From an uncultured Candidatus Saccharibacteria bacterium (GTDB taxonomy: Bacteria; Patescibacteriota; Saccharimonadia; Saccharimonadales; Saccharimonadaceae), in NCBI GenBank assembly GCA_964523935.1, contig CAZGAP010000007.1, positions 1 through 39,193 of the forward strand: a DNA stretch of 39,193 nucleotides, in the 5' to 3' direction. This document shows positions 25,032 to 33,380 of the stretch, piece by piece. The number at the start of each line of letters is the position of its first letter. Position 1 is the first letter of the stretch. The position numbers and the translations under genes were made by a program. The notes under the pieces are model-generated. The model was not told the DNA's origin and did no database searches. It was given only the letters and a program-made list of their open reading frames with translations.

Positions 25032-25882
25032 TCGTTGGGCCGACGGCAAGTGGCAAGACGGCGCTTGCGATCAACCTTGCCAAGCACTTCGACGGCGAAA
25101 TCATCTGCGCTGACAGCAGAACCGTCTACAGGGGGATGGATATCGGTACGGCGAAACCGACCGAAAAAGAACGATCAGGGGTCCCTCACTGGGGACTTGA
25201 TATCGTTGAGCCTGGACAGCGGTTTACCGCCGCCGATTTCCAGAGATATGCGAAAGAGAAGATAGATGATATACGAAAACGAAAAAAAATTCCCTTCCTT
25301 GTTGGTGGTACGGGACTCTATGTGGACGCGGTACTTTTCGACTATCGTTTCGCTACCGACAGGGATAGTAGTCTGCGCCAAAAACTGCAAGAGATGACAC
25401 TTGAGCAGTTACATGATTATTGCAGTAAAAACAACATAAACCTTCCGGAAAACCATAAAAACAAACGCTATGTCATACGAGCAATCGAGCAAAAAAGCAT
25501 AAATAACAGACGACAAGAGCAGCCGTTGACCAACAGTATTATTGTAGGAATAACTACGAATCCTGAAGATCTGAGAACAAGAATTGAGCGCAGGACCGAA
25601 CAATTATTTGCAGATGGAGTCGTCGAAGAAGCAAAGAAGTTGGGCAATAAGTATGGCTGGGATAGCGAAGCGATGACTGGTACTATCTATAGGCTTGCCC
25701 GTCAGTATGTCCAAGGAGAAATAACGCTCGACGAGGGTAAGAAGATCAATGCGATCCGTGACTGGCAGCTCGCAAAGCGTCAACTGACGTGGCTAAGGAG
25801 AAACGATCACATCGAATGGCGCTCACTTGATGACGCATATGCTGATATAGCGACACGACTCGATAAATGGCACGAATCGTGA
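25007..25882 (+). CDS. miaA: tRNA dimethylallyltransferase
   Basis: VIVGPTASGKTALAINLA..IICADSRTVYRGMDIGTAKPT, FLVGGTGLY. The start overlaps the ATL gene by 25 nt. Confidence 0.9.
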   Translation: MAAAPLVVIVGPTASGKTALAINLAKHFDGEIICADSRTVYRGMDIGTAKPTEKERSGVPHWGLDIVEPGQRFTAADFQRYAKEKIDDIRKRKKIPFLVGGTGLYVDAVLFDYRFATDRDSSLRQKLQEMTLEQLHDYCSKNNINLPENHKNKRYVIRAIEQKSINNRRQEQPLTNSIIVGITTNPEDLRTRIERRTEQLFADGVVEEAKKLGNKYGWDSEAMTGTIYRLARQYVQGEITLDEGKKINAIRDWQLAKRQLTWLRRNDHIEWRSLDDAYADIATRLDKWHES

Positions 25883-25919
25883 TATAGTCGAGTACAAGAG
25901 AATTATTCGGAAAATAGGC

Positions 25920-26513
25920 ATGATTGACGCATTATTTGGTTCAAAAACGAGGGTAAAATTACTTCATCTGTTCCTGAACAATCCAGGCAAGTCTTTTTAC
26001 GTACGTGAAATCACTCGGCTTATAGATGAGCAGATCAACTCAGTCCGACGTGAACTCTCCAATATGCTGAACATCGGTATTATCACAAGTGAGGATGCCG
26101 ATAATAAACTGTATTACGAAGTGAACCAGCGATATGAGCATTACGTCGCACTTAGAGCAATTTTCGGAGATGGCCCCATGAAAGCGGCGAAGCCAATCAA
26201 AGCGGCTGACGACTGGCAGCCGATCATTACCCAGCTTCAAGGGGTGAGGATAGCGATCGCTGCCGGAGTCCTGGTGCGAGATTCGACAAGCAAAGTAGAT
26301 CTACTGATTGTCGGGTCTGCGGTTTCGTCGAAACTGAAGAGTGCGATCAAGTCGATCGAAAGACTTGAGGGCAGGGAGCTGGTGTATAGTACGCTTTCCT
26401 ACGATGAGTTCTATTACAGGCTAAGCGTTCGTGATAAATTTATAACAGAGATACTGAATAGCAATCATCAGGTGGTGGTGGATACCGATAATGTGCTGAA
26501 GAGTCAGAAATAA
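25920..26513 (+). CDS. Putative winged-helix transcriptional regulator
   Basis: The N-terminus GSKTRVKLLHLFLNNPGKSFYVREITRLIDEQINSVRRELSNMLNIGII resembles an ArsR/MarR-type wHTH. The C-terminal domain is unassigned. Confidence 0.5.
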   Translation: MIDALFGSKTRVKLLHLFLNNPGKSFYVREITRLIDEQINSVRRELSNMLNIGIITSEDADNKLYYEVNQRYEHYVALRAIFGDGPMKAAKPIKAADDWQPIITQLQGVRIAIAAGVLVRDSTSKVDLLIVGSAVSSKLKSAIKSIERLEGRELVYSTLSYDEFYYRLSVRDKFITEILNSNHQVVVDTDNVLKSQK

Positions 26514-26522
26514 GGAGAGAGT

Positions 26523-27161
26523 ATGTTTGATATCGAATACAAAGGTGGCAACGCCGTCATCATCACGAGTAAGAAAACGGGCGTCGTTATCGACCCGAAA
26601 GTTTCAATCCTAGGACTTAAGGACCTTTCCGTCAAAGGAAACGTTGAACTTGCGACCGAGGCACGTCTGGCAGTCAACGACCCCGAGGCGAAGCTACGGA
26701 TCGAGGGTCCAGGTGAATACGAGATTGGTGACGTCTCTATCAAAGGCGTACGTGCGACACGTCATATCGATACCGAGGCGGACGAACCTATCAGTACCAT
26801 GTACCGGTTAGAAATCGGAGACGTGCGACTAGCTGTCCTAGGTAATATCACCTCAAAATTAAGCGAGGACCAGTTGGAAGAAATCGGAATCGTCGATATT
26901 TTGATTATTCCTGTCGGCGGTGGCGGGTATACACTTGACGTCACGAGTGCCGCGACGATAGCACGCCAGGTTGACCCGCGGGTTGTTATGCCGGTACATT
27001 ATGCCGATGCGGCACTGAAATACGAGGTTCCCCAGGATGAGTTCGAAGTCTTTGCTAAGGAGCTTGCCGCTCCGGTAGAGGAAGCAGGAAACAAATACAA
27101 GGTGAAATCGTCGTCATCAGTACCTCAGGTGTTGACCGTTGTCAAAGTAAACCGGACATAG
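26523..27161 (+). CDS. MBL-fold (beta-lactamase-like) hydrolase family protein, UlaG/UPF0173-like
   Basis: 212 aa with a pattern of beta strands typical of short MBL-fold proteins (ILIIPVGGGGYTLD). The canonical HxHxDH motif was not seen, so the call is weak. RBS AAGGAG. Confidence 0.45.
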   Translation: MFDIEYKGGNAVIITSKKTGVVIDPKVSILGLKDLSVKGNVELATEARLAVNDPEAKLRIEGPGEYEIGDVSIKGVRATRHIDTEADEPISTMYRLEIGDVRLAVLGNITSKLSEDQLEEIGIVDILIIPVGGGGYTLDVTSAATIARQVDPRVVMPVHYADAALKYEVPQDEFEVFAKELAAPVEEAGNKYKVKSSSSVPQVLTVVKVNRT

Positions 27162-27176
27162 TGTAATAATTGCGGT

Positions 27177-27213
27177 GCATAAAAAATGACCCGTAGCGGG
27201 TCATTTTTTATGC
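27177..27213. terminator. Bidirectional terminator between the MBL-fold gene and rpmB
   Basis: GCATAAAAAATGACCCG-TAG-CGGGTCATTTTTTATGC, perfect 17-nt arms. Confidence 0.7.
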
Positions 27214-27222
27214 ATTAGGTGG

Positions 27223-27426
27223 CTATTTCGCAGAAGCCAGAATGCCCTTTTTCTTTAGCGTTCGGATAGCCTGGGTGCTCAAAGTCATAGTAACTTTCTG
27301 GCCATCAACAACAAAGGTCTTCTTCTGGAGGTTGGGTTTGAAGACGCGCTTTGTACGTCGCAAAGAAAAGCTCACATTGTGACCGAACTGTTTGCCTTTA
27401 CCGGTGAGTTCGCAGCGTGCTGCCAT
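27223..27426 (-). CDS. rpmB: 50S ribosomal protein L28
   Basis: MAARCELTGKGKQFGHNVSFSLRRTKRVFKPNLQKK... matches L28 throughout. RBS GGAG. Confidence 0.92.
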   Translation of the reverse strand: MAARCELTGKGKQFGHNVSFSLRRTKRVFKPNLQKKTFVVDGQKVTMTLSTQAIRTLKKKGILASAK

Positions 27427-27534
27427 TTCTTTACTCCATTAATTAATTTAACAATCTGAACCAGTATATGGTATTTTCTCACCCCTGTCAAGTGTCCGCC
27501 AAGAAATAGGCCACAGGATGCTATAATGGTGTGA

Positions 27535-28188
27535 ATGACCATTGACCCCCTTCAGCTCTCAATCGTTCTCGGCGTTATCTTGTTTTCAATGACCCTCCAT
27601 GAAGCAATGCACGGTTTCGTCAGCTACTGGCTTGGCGATGACACGGCCAAGCTACAGGGGCGCTTGACGCTGAACCCGATCAAGCATATCGATCCGTTTC
27701 TGACGATCCTTTTACCATTGACGCTTGCCGTCATCGGAGCTCCTATCTTTGGTGGCGCTAAACCCGTCCCATTCAATCCTGACAGGGTAAGAGGCGATGA
27801 ATGGGGAGTGGCGCTCGTAGCGATCTCGGGGCCGCTAACGAATCTCATTATCGCGTTCATCGCGTTCGGTATCGGAACGGTTGCAGGCTTTAACCTTGCC
27901 GACTTCGGCTACATCTCGGTATGGGAGATGGTCATAACATATGCGGTGTTCATTAATCTCGGCTTCTTCGTTTTTAATATGATTCCGCTACCACCTCTGG
28001 ACGGGTCACGCGTGCTTTATGCACTTGCTCCAGAGTTCGTACGTCGAGGGATGGAGGTTATCGAACAATACGGATTGATAGTCGTGTTCGCGGTCGTCTT
28101 GCTCGCCAGTAGCTACATCGGCGCCTTTATGCTCGAGGCCATTCAGTTCATACTGTCGGTGTTTGCCATGATTTTCATGGTCGGATAA
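27535..28188 (+). CDS. Site-2 protease family (M50) zinc metalloprotease
   Basis: HEAMHGF (HExxH) in the first TM helix. Polytopic, with NLIIAFIAF and PLPPLDGSRV motifs. TGcTATAAT lies 7 nt upstream of the ATG. Confidence 0.8.
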   Translation: MTIDPLQLSIVLGVILFSMTLHEAMHGFVSYWLGDDTAKLQGRLTLNPIKHIDPFLTILLPLTLAVIGAPIFGGAKPVPFNPDRVRGDEWGVALVAISGPLTNLIIAFIAFGIGTVAGFNLADFGYISVWEMVITYAVFINLGFFVFNMIPLPPLDGSRVLYALAPEFVRRGMEVIEQYGLIVVFAVVLLASSYIGAFMLEAIQFILSVFAMIFMVG

Positions 28189-28364
28189 GCTATAATAGAA
28201 GTATCCCAAGGGAGCCTTGGCGCGTATGATTTTCCGAATATCATATGATAGGGAGTTCAAATGATTTGTTCCCGTGGGAACACTTTGAGAGCACCCACCT
28301 TGCATTAACGCGGGGAATATCAAAGCGTCAAGTGCCTTACCTTGGGGTTTTATGTATTCTGAAT

Positions 28365-28440
28365 CGGGATGTGGCGCAGTTGGTAGCGCGCACCGCTGGG
28401 GGTGGTGAGGCCGCTGGTTCAAGTCCAGTCATCCCGACCA
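28365..28440 (+). tRNA. tRNA-Pro (anticodon GGG)
   Basis: CGGGATG TG GCGC-AGTTGGT-AGCGC G CACCG-CTGGGGG-TGGTG AGGCC GCTGG-TTCAAGT-CCAGT CATCCCG A CCA. Confidence 0.92.
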
Positions 28441-28454
28441 TGGCCGTACCATCA

Positions 28455-28943
28455 ATGCAAAGAAATAATTTTGATCTTCATGCCTGTATATCTGGTAGTT
28501 TCGGTAAATTCAAACCTGAGATTGATCAGCTAATTGATGATTTTGCCGATCTCGGCGTTGAAGTACTGGAGCCGACAAAAGGGTACATAGCCAGGCTACA
28601 CCCTCTGGCTGCTCCTTATGGGAATGGCATCTATCCGTTGCCAGACGAGCGGGGTATGCATGAACGGGACATTGAGAAGCGCTTCATCGCGGCGCTAAGG
28701 CGAGCGGATTTCTTGTTTCTTTACAACAAGGAGGGATATATTGGGACAAGTGCTGGTCTGGAGTTCGGTTTTGCGGATGCATGGCAAAAGCCAATTTATG
28801 CGCTTGAAGCAGAAATCCCTTTGGAGCTCGTAGACTACGACTTGAGCACAAAGGCATATATAGAGAGTCGGATAAGGGTGCTGTCACTCGGCGTACTCGT
28901 AGCGATAGAGCGTGAGAAAAAGAACGGTTCCGTGGTATCATGA
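28455..28943 (+). CDS. Nucleoside 2-deoxyribosyltransferase-like (NDT/DNPH1-fold) protein
   Basis: ISGSFGK near the N-terminus and GTSAGLEFGFA resemble the NDT-superfamily pattern D/xGTxxExG. The long ORF (from 28245) runs through tRNA-Pro, so Met at 28455 (or 28440) is used. Confidence 0.45.
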   Translation: MQRNNFDLHACISGSFGKFKPEIDQLIDDFADLGVEVLEPTKGYIARLHPLAAPYGNGIYPLPDERGMHERDIEKRFIAALRRADFLFLYNKEGYIGTSAGLEFGFADAWQKPIYALEAEIPLELVDYDLSTKAYIESRIRVLSLGVLVAIEREKKNGSVVS

Positions 28944-28966
28944 CAGTATAAAAAGGTAACACAAAA

Positions 28967-29842
28967 ATGAACCAACGTATCGCAGTAAGAGCCATTGTCA
29001 AGCAGGATGACAGAATCCTGCTTGTACGGAGGGCAAATGGCCGCGTGTCAATTCTTGGCAAGTTTGAACTGCCTGGAGGAAGGTTGTCGTACGGTGAGCA
29101 GCCCGAGGAAACCATGCGGCGCTATCTTCATGAGGATGTAGGTCTGCACATAAAAACGGCGACATTATTCGATGTTGTCACGTATATAGATCGGGATGAT
29201 CGAAACATTCAGTACGCGGTCATCACCTATGCCGTTGAGTTGGCGGACGGACATCACGACTTACGGTTGAGCCAGAATTATGACAAGCATATGTGGCAAT
29301 CGGTGTCACAAGTACAACGAAATATGGTAACTGATTTGACTCAACTTTTGTTGGGTATTATACAACAAGAATCTGTAACAGAGAAAAGTATTGAGAACGT
29401 TGTCAAAAGCAACGTTGAAAAAACATCAGATAGTGACGCTATCATATATACCGACGGAGGGTCCAGAGGTAACCCCGGGCCATCGGCATCCGGTTTTGTT
29501 ATCATGAATGCTCAGCAGCAAATCATTGCGCAGGGCGGCGAGTATGTTGGAATTACAACGAACAATCAGGCTGAGTATCACGGCGTCCGGCTTGGATTGG
29601 AAGCGGCATTGAAACTCGGCCTTAAAAAAATCGACTTCCGACTGGACAGTATGTTAGTGGTCAACCAAATGAACGGCATCTACACCATAAAGAACCGTGA
29701 GCTGTGGCCGATAAATGAACGTATACATGAGCTCGTGCGTCGTTTCGAGAGGGTCACGTTTCGACACGTTCCGCGAGAATTGAACCAACTGGCTGATGGA
29801 GAGGTGAATCGAGCGCTAGACGCGCACCAAGCTGGTGTATAA
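28967..29842 (+). CDS. Fusion protein: N-terminal NUDIX hydrolase and C-terminal RNase HI
   Basis: Nudix box GGRLSYGEQPEETMRRYLHEDVG (residues about 37-59). RNase H core IIYTDGGSRGNPGPSASGFVI, TNNQAEYHGVRLGLE, DSMLVVNQMNG, and ADGEVNRALD. Confidence 0.8.
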   Translation: MNQRIAVRAIVKQDDRILLVRRANGRVSILGKFELPGGRLSYGEQPEETMRRYLHEDVGLHIKTATLFDVVTYIDRDDRNIQYAVITYAVELADGHHDLRLSQNYDKHMWQSVSQVQRNMVTDLTQLLLGIIQQESVTEKSIENVVKSNVEKTSDSDAIIYTDGGSRGNPGPSASGFVIMNAQQQIIAQGGEYVGITTNNQAEYHGVRLGLEAALKLGLKKIDFRLDSMLVVNQMNGIYTIKNRELWPINERIHELVRRFERVTFRHVPRELNQLADGEVNRALDAHQAGV

Positions 29843-29851
29843 TACATAGTT

Positions 29852-30181
29852 GACAGTCCATTAGACGATCGCTTCGCCTTAGGGCGGGGAGGAAAGTCCG
29901 GGCAGCATAGGACATGACAGTTGCTAACGGCAACCGGGGGTGACCCTAGGGAAAGTGCCACAGAAACGATACCGCCTCCTCGGAGGTAAGGGTGAAAGGA
30001 GTGGGGTAAGAGCCCACAGCGGCGTCTGGCGACAGACGAAGGAGGTAAACCCTGTCAGCTGCAAGGAGGTCTGCATGAAGGACGGTCCGTCCGCAGGCCG
30101 ATATCCGCTTGATCTTGCAGGCAACTGCAAGGCTAGATAGATGATCGTCCACGACAGAACCCGGCTTACCGATGAACTGTC
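29852..30181 (+). ncRNA. rnpB: RNase P RNA, bacterial type A
   Basis: P4 halves GGAGGAAAGTCCGGGC (about 29889) and ACAGAACCCGGCTTA (about 30153). P1 pairing GACAGT../..GAACTGTC. TATAAT at 29838-29843. Terminator immediately 3'. Confidence 0.9.
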
Positions 30182-30216
30182 ATCTAAAAAACTCCCGTAA
30201 GGGAGTTTTTTAGATG
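30181..30216. terminator. Bidirectional terminator shared by rnpB and rplT
   Basis: CATCTAAAAAACTCCC-GTAA-GGGAGTTTTTTAGATG, perfect 16-nt arms. Confidence 0.7.
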
Positions 30217-30232
30217 GTGATGCACAGTAAGC

Positions 30233-30577
30233 TTATGCTTTTATGCTTTTGACGATAGCTGTGAACGCTTTTGGTTCGTTAACGGCAAGTTCCGCGAGGA
30301 CTTTGCGGTCGAGCTGGTTGTCAGCCGCCTTAAGGGCCGCGATAAGTTTCGCGTACGTCGTACCGTTTTCGCGTGCTGCCGCGTTGATTCGGGTGATCCA
30401 AAGGCCGCGGAGGTCGCGTTTGCGGTTACGGCGGTCGCGGTATGCATATTCCAGCGCACGGATGACCGCTTGCTTCGCAAGACGGAATGATCGCGTACGG
30501 TTGTGCTGCATGCCCTTGGCGGCTTTAAGTATCTTCTTGTGTTTAGCGCGTGCTGTGACGCCTCTCTTGACTCGCAT
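30233..30577 (-). CDS. rplT: 50S ribosomal protein L20
   Basis: [22 protein letters not shown]...[25 protein letters not shown]. Confidence 0.95.
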   Translation of the reverse strand: MRVKRGVTARAKHKKILKAAKGMQHNRTRSFRLAKQAVIRALEYAYRDRRNRKRDLRGLWITRINAAARENGTTYAKLIAALKAADNQLDRKVLAELAVNEPKAFTAIVKSIKA

Positions 30578-30580
30578 GAT

Positions 30581-30775
30581 CTATACTCCTAGAGCTCGTT
30601 TAACGTTTTTGGCTATTGAACCTGTGACGGTTGCGGAGGTACCAATAGCGCGTTTGCGGCTTTTGCTCTTCTTGGCAAGCAAGTGGGTGCCGAAGGCGCG
30701 GCGGCGGGTCAGCTTACCAGTGCTGGTAAGCTTGATGCGCTTGGCGGTACCTTTATGTGTCTTTAACTTTGGCAT
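30581..30775 (-). CDS. rpmI: 50S ribosomal protein L35
   Basis: [33 protein letters not shown]. Confidence 0.93.
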   Translation of the reverse strand: MPKLKTHKGTAKRIKLTSTGKLTRRRAFGTHLLAKKSKSRKRAIGTSATVTGSIAKNVKRALGV

Positions 30776-31281
30776 TATTTACTCCTTATTACGACGCTCA
30801 GATTGCGGCCTGCCATCTGAGGTTGTTGCTCCATTACTGCGTCTTCGCTCAGCATATCGATGATCTTGTGAATCATGTCATATCCTAATTCTTTGTGGGC
30901 CATCTCGCGGCCTCTGTAAAAGATTTGGATTCGCACCTTGTGTCCTTCGGCGAGAAAGCTACGGATTTTCCTTAGCTTTATCTCGAGGTCACCCGATCCT
31001 ATCTTAAGCCCGAAGCGCATTTGCTTGAGTTCGCTTTGCTTGCTACTCTTGCGGTTCTTTTGCTGCTCCTTCATCTTTTGATACTGGTATTTACCCCAGT
31101 CGATGATTTTTGCAACGGGCGGATCGGCGTTCGGAGAAATTTCGACAAGGTCAACACCTGCGTCATTCGCTCGCTGCAAGGCCTCAGCGCGTGACATAAT
31201 CCCGAGCTGTTCGCCGTCGCTGCCAATCACACGAAGCTCACTTGCTCTTATAGCTTCGTTGATGCGAATGGTAGTGTTGAT
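30775..31281 (-). CDS. infC: Translation initiation factor IF-3, probably with a non-AUG (AUC) start
   Basis: The IF-3 N and C domains are recognisable ([24 protein letters not shown].., [13 protein letters not shown]). The frame is open upstream of the GTG at 31230. AAGGAG (31290-31295) lies 8 nt before an in-frame ATC at 31279-31281. Confidence 0.85.
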   Translation of the reverse strand: MNTTIRINEAIRASELRVIGSDGEQLGIMSRAEALQRANDAGVDLVEISPNADPPVAKIIDWGKYQYQKMKEQQKNRKSSKQSELKQMRFGLKIGSGDLEIKLRKIRSFLAEGHKVRIQIFYRGREMAHKELGYDMIHKIIDMLSEDAVMEQQPQMAGRNLSVVIRSK

Positions 31282-31373
31282 TGTTGATTCTCCTTAGCTG
31301 TTAGATGCCAGCTGGCTATTAACTTGAATGAGCGTTTACTCGACAATTATCATATCAGATATGCCGCCTCTAT

Positions 31374-32912
31374 TCAAGAGGTATGGCCACGATATTGTAG
31401 CGCTTCTGCGATATGTTGCTTTTCGACCGTTCCTTGCCGTTCGAGATCCGCTATCGTTTGGGCTACCTTGATGATTTTGAAATAGCTTCGGGCACTGAGT
31501 CCGAGGCGTTCACCGGCGGTATTGAGGAGCTGCTTGGCATCGTTAGTAACGGTGAGATAGGTATGTACGTCACTACTTGTCAGTGATCCGTTGTATACAG
31601 TACTACTTTTATATCTGTCATATTGAGCTGATCGGGCATTATCGATCAGATTTACGGCATGAGTATGTTGTGCAGATTGCTTTTGCTTTGCCTCTAGCAG
31701 GATATCGTTTGGCACTCTGGAGACGCCGATCGTCAGGTCGATGCGGTCGAGGAGGGGGCCTGATAGCCGCTTCTGATAAGCGAGAATCTGCGTACTGCTG
31801 CAGCTGCATTCTTTGGCGGTGTCACCGAGGTGCCCGCATGGACATGGGTTCATTGTCGCAACGAGCATGAAATCGGCAGGGTAGGTGACACGGCCGCCTG
31901 CTCTCGAGACGGCTATTTGGTTATCTTCAAGTGGCTGTCGCAATGCTTCAAGCACTGAACGGGGGTATTCCGGAATTTCGTCGAGGAACAACACGCCAAG
32001 GTGGGCTAAGCTGATTTCACCTGGCTTTGGACGTGCCCCTCCGCCAATGACGGCAACAGGGCTTGTCGTGTGGTGGGGTGATCTGAACGGGCGATTGGTA
32101 ATGATCTCCCCGTCGATCTCCCCGGCGATACTGTGAAGTTTTGTCACGGCTATGAGCTCATCGGGTGTGAGTGCTGGCATGAGACCTGTCAGAGTTTTCG
32201 CAAGCATCGTTTTACCGGCGCCGGGAGGACCAGTGAGGAGGATGTTGTGCCTGCCGGCGACAGCGATCGTCAGTGCGCGCTTCGCCTGCTCTTGGCCATG
32301 GACGTCGTCGAGCAACCGGTTGGACCGCACGCTGTCCATTGAGAGGGGCTGCATGACGGCAGGAAGCTTCAAAGCTTCTTTTTTCAGGTGGAGGAACAAC
32401 TCTTTGAGATGTTCGATGCCGATGACTTCCATGTCGCTGATGAGGCATGCCTGTCCAGCGTTCGCTTTCGGAACGAATAGCCGCCGCACGCCTGCTTTGT
32501 AGGCGGTCTCGGCTATATTGATAGCGCCTTTGATGGGCCGCAAAGTTCCGTCAAGGGCAAGCTCTCCGGCGAAAACCGCGCCATCCACCTCTGTTTGTCG
32601 CAGCTGGCCGCTACATACAAGAATCGAGAGCGCGATAGGGAGGTCGAAATGAGCCCCGTCTTTGATAAGCTCTGCAGGCGCGAGATTTATCGTGATTTTC
32701 TTGGTCGGAAACTCCAGCAGTGAATTACCGATCGCACTTCTGACGCGCTCTTTCGCTTCATCGACTGATTTCGTGCCCATTCCGACGATCTGAATGGACG
32801 GCAGGCCTTTTTTGGCATCACTTTCAACCTCGACGATTGCTCCCTCGAAGCCCACCGGAGCGACTGTCAGTACATGCGCCACCATAATGGAGCTTATTAT
32901 AAGCATAAGCAA
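31374..32912 (-). CDS. comM: Mg-chelatase-like AAA+ protein YifB/ComM
   Basis: Lon-protease-like N-domain, AAA+ core (LLTGPPGAGKTML, VLFLDEIPE), Cys cluster CPCGHLG..C.C, and a C-terminal ChlI-like domain. The start may be ATG 32906 (AGGA RBS) rather than TTG 32912. Confidence 0.9.
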   Translation of the reverse strand: MLMLIISSIMVAHVLTVAPVGFEGAIVEVESDAKKGLPSIQIVGMGTKSVDEAKERVRSAIGNSLLEFPTKKITINLAPAELIKDGAHFDLPIALSILVCSGQLRQTEVDGAVFAGELALDGTLRPIKGAINIAETAYKAGVRRLFVPKANAGQACLISDMEVIGIEHLKELFLHLKKEALKLPAVMQPLSMDSVRSNRLLDDVHGQEQAKRALTIAVAGRHNILLTGPPGAGKTMLAKTLTGLMPALTPDELIAVTKLHSIAGEIDGEIITNRPFRSPHHTTSPVAVIGGGARPKPGEISLAHLGVLFLDEIPEYPRSVLEALRQPLEDNQIAVSRAGGRVTYPADFMLVATMNPCPCGHLGDTAKECSCSSTQILAYQKRLSGPLLDRIDLTIGVSRVPNDILLEAKQKQSAQHTHAVNLIDNARSAQYDRYKSSTVYNGSLTSSDVHTYLTVTNDAKQLLNTAGERLGLSARSYFKIIKVAQTIADLERQGTVEKQHIAEALQYRGHTS

Positions 32913-32931
32913 TCCTGATAAACAAGCGATG

Positions 32932-32940
32932 TGCTATAAT
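32932..32940 (+). promoter_or_regulatory. Extended -10 promoter (TGcTATAAT) for ssrA
   Basis: Ends 11 nt before the mature tmRNA 5' end. Confidence 0.55.
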
Positions 32941-32951
32941 TAATAGAGGTC

Positions 32952-33347
32952 GGGGCTGATTTAGCTTTCGACGGAAGGACTTTAACAGGTTATTTTGCAA
33001 GTCGACCATACGCGTAACGTATATTTTTAATTGCAAACTTTGTTGCAAAAGCAAAAGATGCGGTGAAGAGCTTTTTCGCTCCTTCATACGCGTTTGCGCC
33101 AATCGCAGCCTAATACGCTCGATCATCCACTCCCTGCAGGTGACATAAGGGGATAGGGTGTCATACTTCATGTCACTTACCAAGTCTGTGCGCAGTGGCG
33201 TAGGCAAGGAACATCTTTCCACGCGACAACCGTTCATATTTGTCTATCTTTGAGAACGGAAGTCGTTAAAATCCAAGACAGACTATGCTTGTAGACGAAT
33301 AGCCAGTTACCTTTCGGACCGGGGGGCAGTTCCCCGCAGCTCCACCA
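32952..33347 (+). ncRNA. ssrA: tmRNA (SsrA)
   Basis: 5' GGGGCTGATTTAGCTTTCGACGG... pairs with 3' ...CAGCTCCACCA, giving G3-U70. T-arm-like CGGGG-GGCAGTT-CCCCG. Predicted tag ORF 33033-33110 (resume codon GCA AAC) encodes ANFVAKAKDAVKSFFAPSYAFAPIAA, with stop TAA at 33111. Confidence 0.9.
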
Positions 33348-33357
33348 ATGAAAGCGC

Positions 33358-33380
33358 CCGAGATACTCTCGGTCTTTTTC
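33358..33380 (+). terminator. Terminator after ssrA
   Basis: CCGAGA-TAC-TCTCGG followed by TCTTTTTC. It is nested inside a 12-nt inverted repeat (33342-33353 / 33377-33388). Confidence 0.65.

Noticed and set aside
29680-30152. ORFs 29680-29961, 29924-30130, 29940-30140 and 29946-30152
   Set aside because: They overlap the RNase P RNA gene, whose conserved P4 and other motifs explain the sequence.
30243-30863. 206-aa plus-strand ORF
   Set aside because: It is antisense to rplT, rpmI and the end of infC, which are unambiguous. The Arg/Leu/Ala-rich product is a typical mirror-frame artefact.
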